64,000 bases of DNA. Source: Candidatus Hydrogenedentota bacterium. GTDB lineage: Bacteria > Hydrogenedentota > Hydrogenedentia > Hydrogenedentales > SLHB01. This document shows positions 28,109-37,055 of this stretch, one piece after another (position 1 is the first letter of the stretch; each line of letters opens with the position of its first letter). A program made the position numbers and the translations under genes. Below the pieces are notes generated by a model that saw nothing but the letters and a program-made list of their open reading frames with translations, made no database searches and was not told the DNA's origin. The stretch spans positions 30,928-94,927 of the forward strand of contig JARKSN010000289.1 in the NCBI GenBank assembly GCA_029974275.1. Direction: 5' to 3'.

Positions 28109-29827
28109 TCAAAGGCCGATGCGGAGCGCGCCGTTGATGACGCCGGAGACATCGTAGGCGTCGCAGCGTCCGTCGCCGTCGAGGTCGGCGCGCACGAGGC
28201 CGCCGAACAAGCGCAGCGCATGATTGATCGTCACTTGCACATCCATGGCGTCGGTGGAGCCGTCCGCGTTGATGTCGCTGGGGTTGACGAGCGGCTTGCC
28301 ATCGTGGCCCTGGGCCAGCGCGGCGCGAATCTCGTCTCGGGTGACGGTCCAATCGCCGTTGAGGTCAAGGAGGGCCATCAATTCGCTGGGCGCATCCGGA
28401 AACGCCGCAGTCAACTCGTCATAATCCAGGGAACCGTCGTGGTTGGCGTCGGCCTCGATCAAGGCGCGCAAGAGCGCCAGCTTGTTGCCGTCGTCTGGGG
28501 GAAGGGGCGCCGCAGGGGCGTCCTCGGGCGTAAGGACGCCGTCGTCGTTGCGGTCGAGCTGATCGAATCGTTCCTGGGCGAGATCGGGGATGACCGCCGC
28601 GAGTTCATCGAACGTGACCTGTCCGTCGCGGTCGACATCGGCTTCGCGCAATTTTTCGGCCAGCCATTCTCGCGGATCTCGGGGCCGAACGGGCAGATCC
28701 TCTTTGCTGATGACGTTGTCGTCGTTGGCGTCGAGCTTGTCGAATGCTTCCCGCGTCAGCCAGTCGGCCACGGCCTTGAGTTCGTCAAACGTCACCTCGC
28801 CGTTGCCATCCACATCGGCCTGGCGAAGCGATTGGATCAGTCTTTCGATATCGTTGACCGGCGGCTTGGGCAGATCGTCCAACGCGATGCTTCCGTCGCC
28901 GTCAACGTCCAGCGCGTTGAATTGTTCCTGCGTGACGTTCGGGCATATCGCCTGAAGTTCCGCAAGGCTCACCTTTCCGTCGTCATCCGCATCCGCTTGT
29001 TCAAGGAGATGCACGATCCGCTCGTGCGGGCCCGGCCCGAAAGCCTCAACGTCGTCTGCATTGATCACGGCGTCGCCGTTGCGATCGAGATGAGCGAACG
29101 ACTCCTGCGTCAATTCGGGAATCAATGCCTGCAACTCTTCGAAGGTCACGTCGCCGTCATGATCCACATCCGCGGCGAGAAGGACTCTGCGCAACATCTC
29201 GCTGCGGGGAGGCGGCGGTCCAGCGGGAAGATCGTTTCTGTCAAAGGCCCCGTCCCCGTTGCGATCGAGGAAACCAAAAGCTTCTTGGGAGAAATGCGGC
29301 CAGACCGCTTGCAGTTCGCTCAGGGACAGTTTTCCGTCCTGGCTTGCGTCCGCTTTGAGGAGCAGCCAATGCAGTCGGGCTCCCATGTTCTCCGGTCCAG
29401 GGGCTGGCAGATCATCTGCAGACACCGCCCCGTCGCCGTTGGCGTCCAGTCTGTTGAAACATTCCAGCGGGATAGGGTTGGGGAGCGCCTGGACTTCCTG
29501 AAACGTGACGCGCCCGTCGTTATTTGCGTCGGCGTGTTCCAGGAGCCGGACGATGGCCAAGGCGGGCGGCGGCGGGACGGGAATGTCGGCGGCGGTGAGG
29601 ATTCCGTCGCCGTCGGTATCCATTGCCTCGAACATCGGCTGCGTCATAAACGGAAGCAGCGCTTTTATTTCGGCGAAGGCGACCTGGCCGTCGCGATTGC
29701 GATCGGCTGCTTTCAGGAGTTCCGGGGTAAGTTTGGGCGGCGGCGGAGGTGGCGGCATCAGTGCTGCCGCGCCTACGGTAAGCAACAATACTGCGCCCAG
29801 GAATAGAAACACCCCTCGGTTTATCAT
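28109..29827 (-). CDS. Secreted multi-EF-hand Ca2+-binding protein with C-terminal dockerin-like domain
   Basis: Signal peptide, poly-Pro, eight ~60-aa repeats each with two DxDxDG loops, then the duplicated DINADGSTDAMDVQVTIN..ADLDGDGRCDAYDVSGVIN. Confidence 0.88.
   Translation of the reverse strand: MINRGVFLFLGAVLLLTVGAAALMPPPPPPPKLTPELLKAADRNRDGQVAFAEIKALLPFMTQPMFEAMDTDGDGILTAADIPVPPPPALAIVRLLEHADANNDGRVTFQEVQALPNPIPLECFNRLDANGDGAVSADDLPAPGPENMGARLHWLLLKADASQDGKLSLSELQAVWPHFSQEAFGFLDRNGDGAFDRNDLPAGPPPPRSEMLRRVLLAADVDHDGDVTFEELQALIPELTQESFAHLDRNGDAVINADDVEAFGPGPHERIVHLLEQADADDDGKVSLAELQAICPNVTQEQFNALDVDGDGSIALDDLPKPPVNDIERLIQSLRQADVDGNGEVTFDELKAVADWLTREAFDKLDANDDNVISKEDLPVRPRDPREWLAEKLREADVDRDGQVTFDELAAVIPDLAQERFDQLDRNDDGVLTPEDAPAAPLPPDDGNKLALLRALIEADANHDGSLDYDELTAAFPDAPSELMALLDLNGDWTVTRDEIRAALAQGHDGKPLVNPSDINADGSTDAMDVQVTINHALRLFGGLVRADLDGDGRCDAYDVSGVINGALRIGL
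28320..29720 (-). repeat. Eight degenerate ~180-bp coding repeats (EF-hand pairs)
   Basis: Unit consensus LxxADxDxDGxVTFxELxA..PxxTQExFxxLDxNxDGxxxxDDLP; boundaries approximate. Confidence 0.85.
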
Positions 29828-29889
29828 TTTTCTTCCTCCCATTTTGCTGGCGCATGCGCAGTAGGCGCTGTAGCGCTCGTGTCGCTTCG

Positions 29890-29917
29890 TTAAACCCGAA
29901 AACGCGGTTGGAGTTCC
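29890..29917 (-). promoter_or_regulatory. Possible ECF-sigma promoter of the EF-hand/dockerin gene
   Basis: Minus strand GGAACT-N16-GTTTAA about 60 nt upstream of ATG 29827. Confidence 0.35.
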
Positions 29918-30023
29918 CGGGAGGAAGCTGTGTCAGATTTGCTGCCTGGGGGGAGACGCCGCGTTTGTGAAAAATCGGCGTGGAACCTGTTACAGTGGGC
30001 GTCGACGTTTTTCGGGAGGGAAT

Positions 30024-31532
30024 ATGGCGCAGGCATATCCGACGGCAGGGGAAACCGATGATTTCCAGGAAAGCCAGCTCCGTTTTTCAGAGCGTTATGC
30101 GGCCCTGCGCGGCCGTGTCATGCGCGAGGAGACGGATTCCTCGCCTCACGGCCCGGAACAAGCGTTTCATGGCGTTTGGTATGATCAGCTTTTTAGCGAA
30201 ACCGGTCTCTGCACCGACGAGGGCATGCCGATCCGCATCGTGTCGCCCGGCTGGTGGAATCATGGCGAGGGACCGGATTTCAAAGGGGCGCAGATCGAAT
30301 TTGCCGGAACCGTCAAAACGGGCGATGTTGAACTGCATATCGATCATTCGGGCTGGCGCCGGCATGGACATCATTTGGACGCCCGGTATGACGGCGTCGT
30401 ATTGCACGTGGTTCTTGATGCGGAGCCCGCCCGTGAACCTCCCGTGACGTCCCTGGGCAGGCGCGTGCCTACGCTTTTGTTGGGGCGTTTTGTTTCGGGG
30501 GACGTGCTTGAACTCGGCGAAGCGCCGGACGCCGGCGATTTCTCCTGTGACGGCGGCGCCTTGGCGCCTAGGGGACAATGCGCGGCTGCGGCGTTCGGGC
30601 GAGACCGTATCGGGGCCTTTCTCGATTTTGCCGGCGATTGGCGCACGTTGACCAAGGCGCGGCTTCTCCGGGAACGGGCTGACCGCGTCGGCATGGACCA
30701 GGCGGTGTACGAGGCAGTCCTGTCGGCCTGCGGGTTCAGCAGGTACAAGAGCCATTTTCGTCTCATTGCGCAGCAACTGCCCTATGATCGTGCGCGCCAA
30801 CTCGCGCGGCAAGACCCGTTGCTGCTCGAAACGGCATTGCTGCAATTGGCGGGGTTGTTGCCGGAGTCGTTGCCGGAAGGAACGACCGCCGTTCCGCACT
30901 TCGCCCGGCTGCGGGCATTGCGGCGAGATCATGTTCCGGGTCTCAAGAAACTGCCCTTGAGTTGGCGTCGCATTGGAGTGCGCCCTACGAACTTTCCCGA
31001 AAGGCGTCTGGCCGGGGCGGCATTATTTCTGTCGCGGACGGCGCCAGAAGGCCTCGCCGCTACGCTTGACCGGATTTGGCGCGCCGAATGCTCCGACAAA
31101 GAGCGCTGCGCGGAGTTCGAGGCGTTGTTTCCTGCGGCGATGGGATTCTGGGCAAATCATTGTAGCTGGACGGGCAAGGAACTGGCGCGCCCTATGTCGA
31201 CGATAGGACACGCCCGCATCCGGTCGATTATCGGCAACGTATTCATCGCTGCGGAACTCGCCTTGGCGCGGCAGGCCCGAAACCGTTCGCTCGAAGCGGA
31301 AGTCTTCCGTTTCTTTTGCCATTTTCCGAAAGAGGCCGAGAACCGCATCATCAAGGACATGACGACTCGCTTGTTCGGCAGGGAGCCCGTTCCCGGCCTG
31401 CGCTTTCGCCGGCAACAAGGACTTCTCCAGATGCACCAGGATTGGTGCTGCTCCAATCCGGCTTGCGTCGACTGTCCGGTGTTGCCGCTTCTTGCGGCGC
31501 CGGCGATCGCGCGCGAGCAAATCCCATCCTGA
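30024..31532 (+). CDS. DUF2851 family protein
   Basis: PGWWNHGEGPDF, GDVELH, HHLDARYDGVVLH, VRPTNFPERRL, QQGLLQ, C-terminal CxxxxCxxC. Confidence 0.85.
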   Translation: MAQAYPTAGETDDFQESQLRFSERYAALRGRVMREETDSSPHGPEQAFHGVWYDQLFSETGLCTDEGMPIRIVSPGWWNHGEGPDFKGAQIEFAGTVKTGDVELHIDHSGWRRHGHHLDARYDGVVLHVVLDAEPAREPPVTSLGRRVPTLLLGRFVSGDVLELGEAPDAGDFSCDGGALAPRGQCAAAAFGRDRIGAFLDFAGDWRTLTKARLLRERADRVGMDQAVYEAVLSACGFSRYKSHFRLIAQQLPYDRARQLARQDPLLLETALLQLAGLLPESLPEGTTAVPHFARLRALRRDHVPGLKKLPLSWRRIGVRPTNFPERRLAGAALFLSRTAPEGLAATLDRIWRAECSDKERCAEFEALFPAAMGFWANHCSWTGKELARPMSTIGHARIRSIIGNVFIAAELALARQARNRSLEAEVFRFFCHFPKEAENRIIKDMTTRLFGREPVPGLRFRRQQGLLQMHQDWCCSNPACVDCPVLPLLAAPAIAREQIPS

Positions 31533-31544
31533 CTTGCGAATGCC

Positions 31545-31573
31545 TTGCAATATGTCTACGGCGCTTTTATTAT
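31545..31573 (+). promoter_or_regulatory. Sigma70-type promoter for the MoxR-kinase-LDT unit
   Basis: TTGCAA-N17-TATTAT followed by an AGGAGG RBS. Confidence 0.55.
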
Positions 31574-31607
31574 CACGAGATAAGTTAGGAGGCTGGACGA
31601 TAGCATC

Positions 31608-32567
31608 ATGGGTGAGTTCCGGGACGTCGTAAAGTCCATTATCGCCAATATCGAACAGGTCGTGTTGGACAAGACCGCCGTGGTGCGCATGGCCGTCGCG
31701 TCCCTGCTGGCCGATGGGCATGTGCTCATGGAAGATGTCCCCGGAGTGGCCAAGACGGTGTTGGTCAAGGCATTGGCCATTTCGACGGGATGCGCGTTCG
31801 TGCGCATTCAATGCACCCCGGATTTGCTTCCCAGCGATATCAGCGGCGTATCGGTGTATAACCAAAAGACGCAGGAATTCGAGTTCCGACAGGGGCCGAT
31901 ATTCTCGCAAATTGTGGTGGCGGATGAAATCAACCGAGCCACGCCGCGCACCCAGTCCGCATTGCTCGAGGCCATGGCGGAACATCAGGTTTCGGCGGAC
32001 GGGAAAACCTACAAGCTGAAAGCGCCGTTTCTCGTCTTTGCCACGCAAAATCCGGTCGAACATGAAGGCACGTTTCCGTTGCCCGAAGCGCAGCTTGACC
32101 GTTTCATGATGCGCTTGTCGATGGGATATCCGAGCAACGCGGCCGAGGCCGTTTTGCTCGAACGATCGCGGCTGGCGCATCCGTTGGATGCATTGCACCC
32201 GGTGACCGACGCCGCGACGGTCGTCCGGATGCAAATGGGCGTGCGCGAAGTCTTTGTCCACGAAAAAATAAAGGAATACATCATCCGCCTCGTGTCGCGA
32301 ACGCGCGATTGCGTTCATTTCTCGTTAGGCGCGAGTCCCCGCGCGACGATGGCGCTGTTTCGGGCGGCCCAATCCTACGCGGCGGTGCAAGGGCGCGGAT
32401 ATGTCATTCCGGACGATATCAAGGCCTTGGCGCATCCCGTGCTGGAACACCGGCTGATTCTGAATCCGGAGAGCCGATTGCGCCGCGTTACGACGTATAG
32501 CGTGTTGCGTGATATAGTCGCTGAGGTTCCGGTGCCGGCTGGCGGAAACGGATTCAAGCAATCTTGA
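31608..32567 (+). CDS. MoxR family AAA+ ATPase
   Basis: EDVPGVAKT, RIQCTPDLLPSD, ADEINRATPRTQSALLEAM, ATQNP, LPEAQLDRF, GASPRA. Confidence 0.95.
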   Translation: MGEFRDVVKSIIANIEQVVLDKTAVVRMAVASLLADGHVLMEDVPGVAKTVLVKALAISTGCAFVRIQCTPDLLPSDISGVSVYNQKTQEFEFRQGPIFSQIVVADEINRATPRTQSALLEAMAEHQVSADGKTYKLKAPFLVFATQNPVEHEGTFPLPEAQLDRFMMRLSMGYPSNAAEAVLLERSRLAHPLDALHPVTDAATVVRMQMGVREVFVHEKIKEYIIRLVSRTRDCVHFSLGASPRATMALFRAAQSYAAVQGRGYVIPDDIKALAHPVLEHRLILNPESRLRRVTTYSVLRDIVAEVPVPAGGNGFKQS

Positions 32568-32606
32568 TGCGGCGCGGCGCGCGACGCAGGACAGGGTAGC
32601 CGATGC

Positions 32607-33593
32607 ATGGGACGCATGACAATGTGGGGTGACATGAGACGTTGGTTCCGCAGAAAAAGTTCGACGCTTCCGGACATGGTCGATGTGAACGATCGCGAGG
32701 AATTCGGCGAACGGAACGATCGGATTGACGCCACCCAGGAACTCGAACTCACCCACGTGGGGCCTTACGAAATCATCGCCCCCATCGGCACGGGCGGCAT
32801 GGGGACCGTGTACAAAGCCATCGATCGCGCCAAGGACAGGACGGTCGCCATCAAGGTGCTGGACCGCCGTTACGACATCGATCGAAAACGGCGCAAGCGC
32901 GATTATCTGGGACGCGAAATCCTCATCGCCGCGTCGCTCCGTCATGACAACATCATCCGGATGCTGGATAAAATCGTCGAACAGGAAGACCTCAACGGAA
33001 ATGTCCGGCGCTGTCTTCTCATGGAGTATATCGACGGACACAACCTGCGCAAGCATATCCAGGACCGCGATTTGACGATTCAACAAATGATCGATATCTC
33101 GATTCGCTTGTGTCAGGGACTCGATTTTCTGCATCAGAACAACATCGTGCACCGGGACGTCAAGCCAGAGAATTTCCTGTTTTCGCGAGACCTCAAACAG
33201 GTCAAGATCGTGGATTTCGGCCTGTCCAAATCCAATGCGAGCTGGCGGACGCGCTGGATCAAAGAGGGCGGCGGGACGCGACGGTACATGTCTCCGGAGC
33301 AGTTGGCCAAGCGCAATCTCGATGCGCGATCCGATATTTTTTCGCTCGGCATCACGATGTACGAGCTTTTCACGGGAAGACATCCGTGCAGCGGGAACGA
33401 CGCCAACGAGATCATGCGGCAGATTCGGAGCAGCAGGTATAAGTTCGAGCAGCCTTCGAAGTATAATCCCGAGGTCTCGTCCCAGTTGGACCGCATTATC
33501 TTGAAGGCGTTGCGGCGTCAGCCGGAGCACCGGTACCAGTCGGTGACGGAGATGCTCATGGATTTGACCCGGGGCGCGGAATCGAGGATATGA
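32607..33593 (+). CDS. Hanks-type Ser/Thr protein kinase (catalytic domain only)
   Basis: GTGGMGTVY, VAIK, HRDVKPEN, DFG, GTRRYMSPEQ, SDIFSLG; no TM or sensor domain. Confidence 0.95.
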   Translation: MGRMTMWGDMRRWFRRKSSTLPDMVDVNDREEFGERNDRIDATQELELTHVGPYEIIAPIGTGGMGTVYKAIDRAKDRTVAIKVLDRRYDIDRKRRKRDYLGREILIAASLRHDNIIRMLDKIVEQEDLNGNVRRCLLMEYIDGHNLRKHIQDRDLTIQQMIDISIRLCQGLDFLHQNNIVHRDVKPENFLFSRDLKQVKIVDFGLSKSNASWRTRWIKEGGGTRRYMSPEQLAKRNLDARSDIFSLGITMYELFTGRHPCSGNDANEIMRQIRSSRYKFEQPSKYNPEVSSQLDRIILKALRRQPEHRYQSVTEMLMDLTRGAESRI

Positions 33594-33634
33594 CCGAAAA
33601 GCGCCGGGTTGTTGCACCCAGACAGAGGCCATGA

Positions 33635-34858
33635 ATGTCCATGCAAAAGAAACGGCCAGGCTTGAGCCTGGCAAAAACCATCTTGATCGTAGTTGCCGTC
33701 ATGGCGGGAACGACGCTCGCCGTCCTTGCCTATCGGCTGCATGACGGGCGTTTTTCGATGGGGGCTTCCCGAGAAACCGCCCTGCAGACCCTGGAAACGG
33801 CGCGAAAATTGATAGACGAAGGACGATGGGAAGACGCCCATCGGCTCATCGATCCCCTATCGGAGCGGCTTCGCAACAATCCCCTGAACCAACAGGCCTT
33901 GCTGTTGTTGGCGCGCGTGGAAAAGGAGATGCGCCATTCGGACAAGGCCCTTGCCCACCTCAAGCGCGCGGCGACGGAGTTTTTGGGAGCCCCCGGAACG
34001 ATCGAGGCGAAGCTGGCGTATGCGCGCCTGCTGGAGGAATGCGGACAAAAAGACGACGCATTGCGGGCGTATGGAGAAATCCGAGACTCCGCCCCCCCCG
34101 AAGTCCGCGCGCCGGCGACAACGGCGTTGGGACGCGAGGCCGAGAGCCAGAAAGACCTGTTAAAGGCGCGCGACTGGTACGCCCAGGCCGTCCGGGAGGC
34201 CCAATGGGATTCCGAAGCATGGCAGGAAGCCAGCGCGGCGTTGGGGCGCGTGAACGTGGCCTTGATTTTTTCGCCGATGGAGACGCCGGAGAGCCGGAAA
34301 TATGCAGTGCAGCCCAAAGACAACCTGCTCGACATCGGGATCAAGCTGAACACGACGCAGGGCCTTCTCATGAGGGCCAATGGCCTGTCCGAAACCACGG
34401 TGCTGTCGGTGGGGCAGCAGTTGAAGCACACGCCGAAGGACTTCCGGATCGTGATCGATCGCTCCAAGTGCCGTTTGTATTTGCTGGATAAGGACGGCGT
34501 GTTCAAATGGTACCGTACGGGATTGGGCATGCCCGGGCACGAGACGACCTTGGGCGCTTACAAAATAGGGAACAAACAGAAGGATCCAATATGGCACAAG
34601 CCGGGGGCGGGGCCTATTCCCGCCGGCGACCCCGCCAATGAGTTGGGCACGCGCTGGATGCCATTGCTGCCGCAACTGGAAGGCCTGCCGACAGACCTCG
34701 GCATTCATGGAACCATCAAGCCGGAAACCGTGGGGACTTTCGCATCGCACGGCTGCGCCCGTCTTCTCAATGAAGAAGTCGAAGAATTGTACGATTTGGT
34801 GGTGCGCTCGACGCCCGTGGATATCGTGGAGGTTTTCTCCACGCCGGCGGGGGGATGA
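33635..34858 (+). CDS. Membrane-anchored TPR-LysM-YkuD L,D-transpeptidase
   Basis: N-terminal TM helix, TPR-like helices, LysM (YAVQPKDNLLDI..RANGL), YkuD motif GIHGT..SHGCARL. Confidence 0.9.
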   Translation: MSMQKKRPGLSLAKTILIVVAVMAGTTLAVLAYRLHDGRFSMGASRETALQTLETARKLIDEGRWEDAHRLIDPLSERLRNNPLNQQALLLLARVEKEMRHSDKALAHLKRAATEFLGAPGTIEAKLAYARLLEECGQKDDALRAYGEIRDSAPPEVRAPATTALGREAESQKDLLKARDWYAQAVREAQWDSEAWQEASAALGRVNVALIFSPMETPESRKYAVQPKDNLLDIGIKLNTTQGLLMRANGLSETTVLSVGQQLKHTPKDFRIVIDRSKCRLYLLDKDGVFKWYRTGLGMPGHETTLGAYKIGNKQKDPIWHKPGAGPIPAGDPANELGTRWMPLLPQLEGLPTDLGIHGTIKPETVGTFASHGCARLLNEEVEELYDLVVRSTPVDIVEVFSTPAGG

Positions 34859-34887
34859 AGTCGCGGGCATGGGGCAGGGGGGGACAG

Positions 34888-34916
34888 TTGATCCAAGCGG
34901 GAGGCATTCTTAAAAT
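34888..34916 (+). promoter_or_regulatory. Sigma70-type promoter for the PP2C gene
   Basis: TTGATC-N17-TAAAAT. Confidence 0.5.
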
Positions 34917-34991
34917 GAGGTTCACTCTTGGGGCTTGGGGGGCTCGCATCGCGAGAGGCCCATCGAAAAGCCGACTTCGGGAAACGGGTTG

Positions 34992-35897
34992 ATGGCAGCG
35001 ACGTATACGAAATTGGACGGTCCTGATGACGGCGGCAATATGGAACACTCCTGGCAAGGTTCCTATCTCCAGGCGCATCTTCTGTCGGACGTCGGCAAAA
35101 AACGCAATTTCAATGAAGATCGCTGTGTGGTCAGCGCTCCCGAACACCCCGACGCCGCCCACGAAAGAGGCGTGTTGTTTGCCGTGGCCGACGGCATGGG
35201 CGGGGTGAGCGGCGGCGGCTTTGCGAGCCGTTTGGCGCTGGACGCCTTGGTGGACGAGTATTTCACGGGCGATTCCCCGAGCATTTGCCGCAGGCTGCGG
35301 CAAAGCATCGAGGTCGCGAACCGCCGGATTTTCGAGGAAGCCTTTTCGCAGCCGCAATACGCGGGAATGGGCACCACCGTGTCGGCCATGCTCGTTCATG
35401 GCGACAATGCCTATGTCGCGCAAGTGGGCGACAGCCGCGTATACCTTTTCCGCGGCAACAACAGCATTTGGCAAATAACCGACGACCACAGCCTGGTCGC
35501 CGAGCAGGTCCGCAACGGTTTCCTTTCCGAGCAGGAAGCGCGCACGCACTCGCTCAAGAATTTGATCACGCGCGCGGTCGGCACGCGGGAAATCGTCAAC
35601 GTCGATTTGTTTTCCGTCCGGATCAAACGGGGCGACACGATGCTCATTTGTTCAGATGGGCTATCCAATCTCGTGGAAGACCGGCACCTTGTCGAGGCCA
35701 TGAGCATGCCCAGTCTTCAGGCGGCTGCACGGACGTTGGTGGGACGTGCGCTTGACGCCGGAGGCTCGGACAACATTACGGTCGTCCTGATTCGCGTCAA
35801 TCACGCCCCTCCGAAAACGCGGCTGGAGGAGGGCGCCATCAAAGTGTCTCTTACCACGAGCGGCTTTCTTACCAAACTTCGGAGGTTCATGTCGTGA
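34992..35897 (+). CDS. PP2C-family Ser/Thr phosphatase (Stp1/PrpC-like)
   Basis: SDVG..RNFNED, VADGMGG, GMGTT, VGDSRVY, DHSLV, CSDGL, GGSDNIT; start 34992 or 35040. Confidence 0.93.
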   Translation: MAATYTKLDGPDDGGNMEHSWQGSYLQAHLLSDVGKKRNFNEDRCVVSAPEHPDAAHERGVLFAVADGMGGVSGGGFASRLALDALVDEYFTGDSPSICRRLRQSIEVANRRIFEEAFSQPQYAGMGTTVSAMLVHGDNAYVAQVGDSRVYLFRGNNSIWQITDDHSLVAEQVRNGFLSEQEARTHSLKNLITRAVGTREIVNVDLFSVRIKRGDTMLICSDGLSNLVEDRHLVEAMSMPSLQAAARTLVGRALDAGGSDNITVVLIRVNHAPPKTRLEEGAIKVSLTTSGFLTKLRRFMS

Positions 35898-35921
35898 TCG
35901 CCGGGGCGGGGGCTCTCGCGA

Positions 35922-37055
35922 TCAGATAGTCCAGTCCGGGCTGTGGAGAAGACTGGCGTAGAGTTCTTCGTACTGGGAGACGATGGGGTCGCGCGCGAAG
36001 CGTTGCTGCGATCGTTCCCGGCCCTTGCGGCCCATATCGCGCGCCAGCACGTCCACGGTGAGCAGCATGGCGGCGTATTGGGCCATCGAATCGATATCTC
36101 CCACTTCGCACAGGTACCCCGTTTCCCCGTGTTCGATGACTTCGCACACGCCGCCGCTCGCGGTGGCAATCACCGGAACGCCGGCCACCATCGCTTCCAA
36201 GGGCACCAGACCGAAACTCTCGTGCTCGCTCGGCTGGATCACCAGGTCCGCCAAGGGAAGAATGCTTTCCACGTTCTGGAAACTGCCCAGAAATTTGACC
36301 TTATCCGCCACGTCGAGTTGCCGGGCCACGCCGACGGCGGCGGTGCGCTCGGGGCCATCGCCCACCATGACAAGACGCGCGGGCACGCGCTCGAGAACCT
36401 TCTTGAACACTCGGACAACGTCCGTCACGCGTTTCACCGGGCGAAAATTCGAGATGTGCATAAGTATCTTCTCGTCCGGGGCGGCGAGTTTCTTGCGATC
36501 CAGGCGATCGGTTTGAAAGCGTTCCTCGTTGAAAAAGTTGTAGATGGTTTGAATCGGGCGGGAAAGGCCAAACTCGCGCCGGGTTTCGTCGGCCAGCCAA
36601 TGGGAGACCGTTGTCACGGCGTCGCTGGCTTCCATCGCGAACCGGGTGATGCGGTAGAAACTGGGGTCGATTCCGACCAAGGTTATGTCCGTTCCATGCA
36701 GCGTGGTGACGATCTTGAAGCGCTTGTCGGCTGCGACCATGCCGTGCGCCTGCAACGCGCATACGGCGAAGGGAATGGCATAGTGCGCGTGCCAGAGCTG
36801 GATGCCGTGCTCGTCGGTGACGTCCGCAATCTTGGTGGCGAGGGCGAGCGTGTGGGGCGAATGCCGGAATTGCGGGTAGGCGGTCAGTTCAAGATAGTGA
36901 CAAGTGATGCGTTCGTCGTAACAGCCGACGCGAAACAAAGGTTCGTAGCTGACGAAATGTATTTCGTGGCCGCGATTGGCGAGCGCCAACCCCAATTCCG
37001 TAGCGAGGATGCCGCTGCCTCCCGCGGACGCCAGACAGGTGATGCCGATTTTCAT
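35922..37055 (-). CDS. bshA: N-acetyl-alpha-D-glucosaminyl L-malate synthase
   Basis: MKIGITC...GGSG..ATELG, HAHYAIP, TTLHGTDIT, HISNFRPVKR, ESFGL. Confidence 0.95.
   Translation of the reverse strand: MKIGITCLASAGGSGILATELGLALANRGHEIHFVSYEPLFRVGCYDERITCHYLELTAYPQFRHSPHTLALATKIADVTDEHGIQLWHAHYAIPFAVCALQAHGMVAADKRFKIVTTLHGTDITLVGIDPSFYRITRFAMEASDAVTTVSHWLADETRREFGLSRPIQTIYNFFNEERFQTDRLDRKKLAAPDEKILMHISNFRPVKRVTDVVRVFKKVLERVPARLVMVGDGPERTAAVGVARQLDVADKVKFLGSFQNVESILPLADLVIQPSEHESFGLVPLEAMVAGVPVIATASGGVCEVIEHGETGYLCEVGDIDSMAQYAAMLLTVDVLARDMGRKGRERSQQRFARDPIVSQYEELYASLLHSPDWTI

Noticed and set aside
28034..29806. 590-aa plus-strand ORF
   Set aside because: Antisense shadow of the repetitive EF-hand gene; no recognisable motifs.
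31561..31592. AT-rich stretch loosely resembling a dif site
   Set aside because: Poor match to the XerC/XerD arms; better explained as the -10 element and RBS of the MoxR gene.
31608..35897. MoxR/kinase/PP2C as an anti-phage or ternary conflict system
   Set aside because: No vWA, effector or nuclease genes; the intervening gene is a cell-wall enzyme and the composition looks native.
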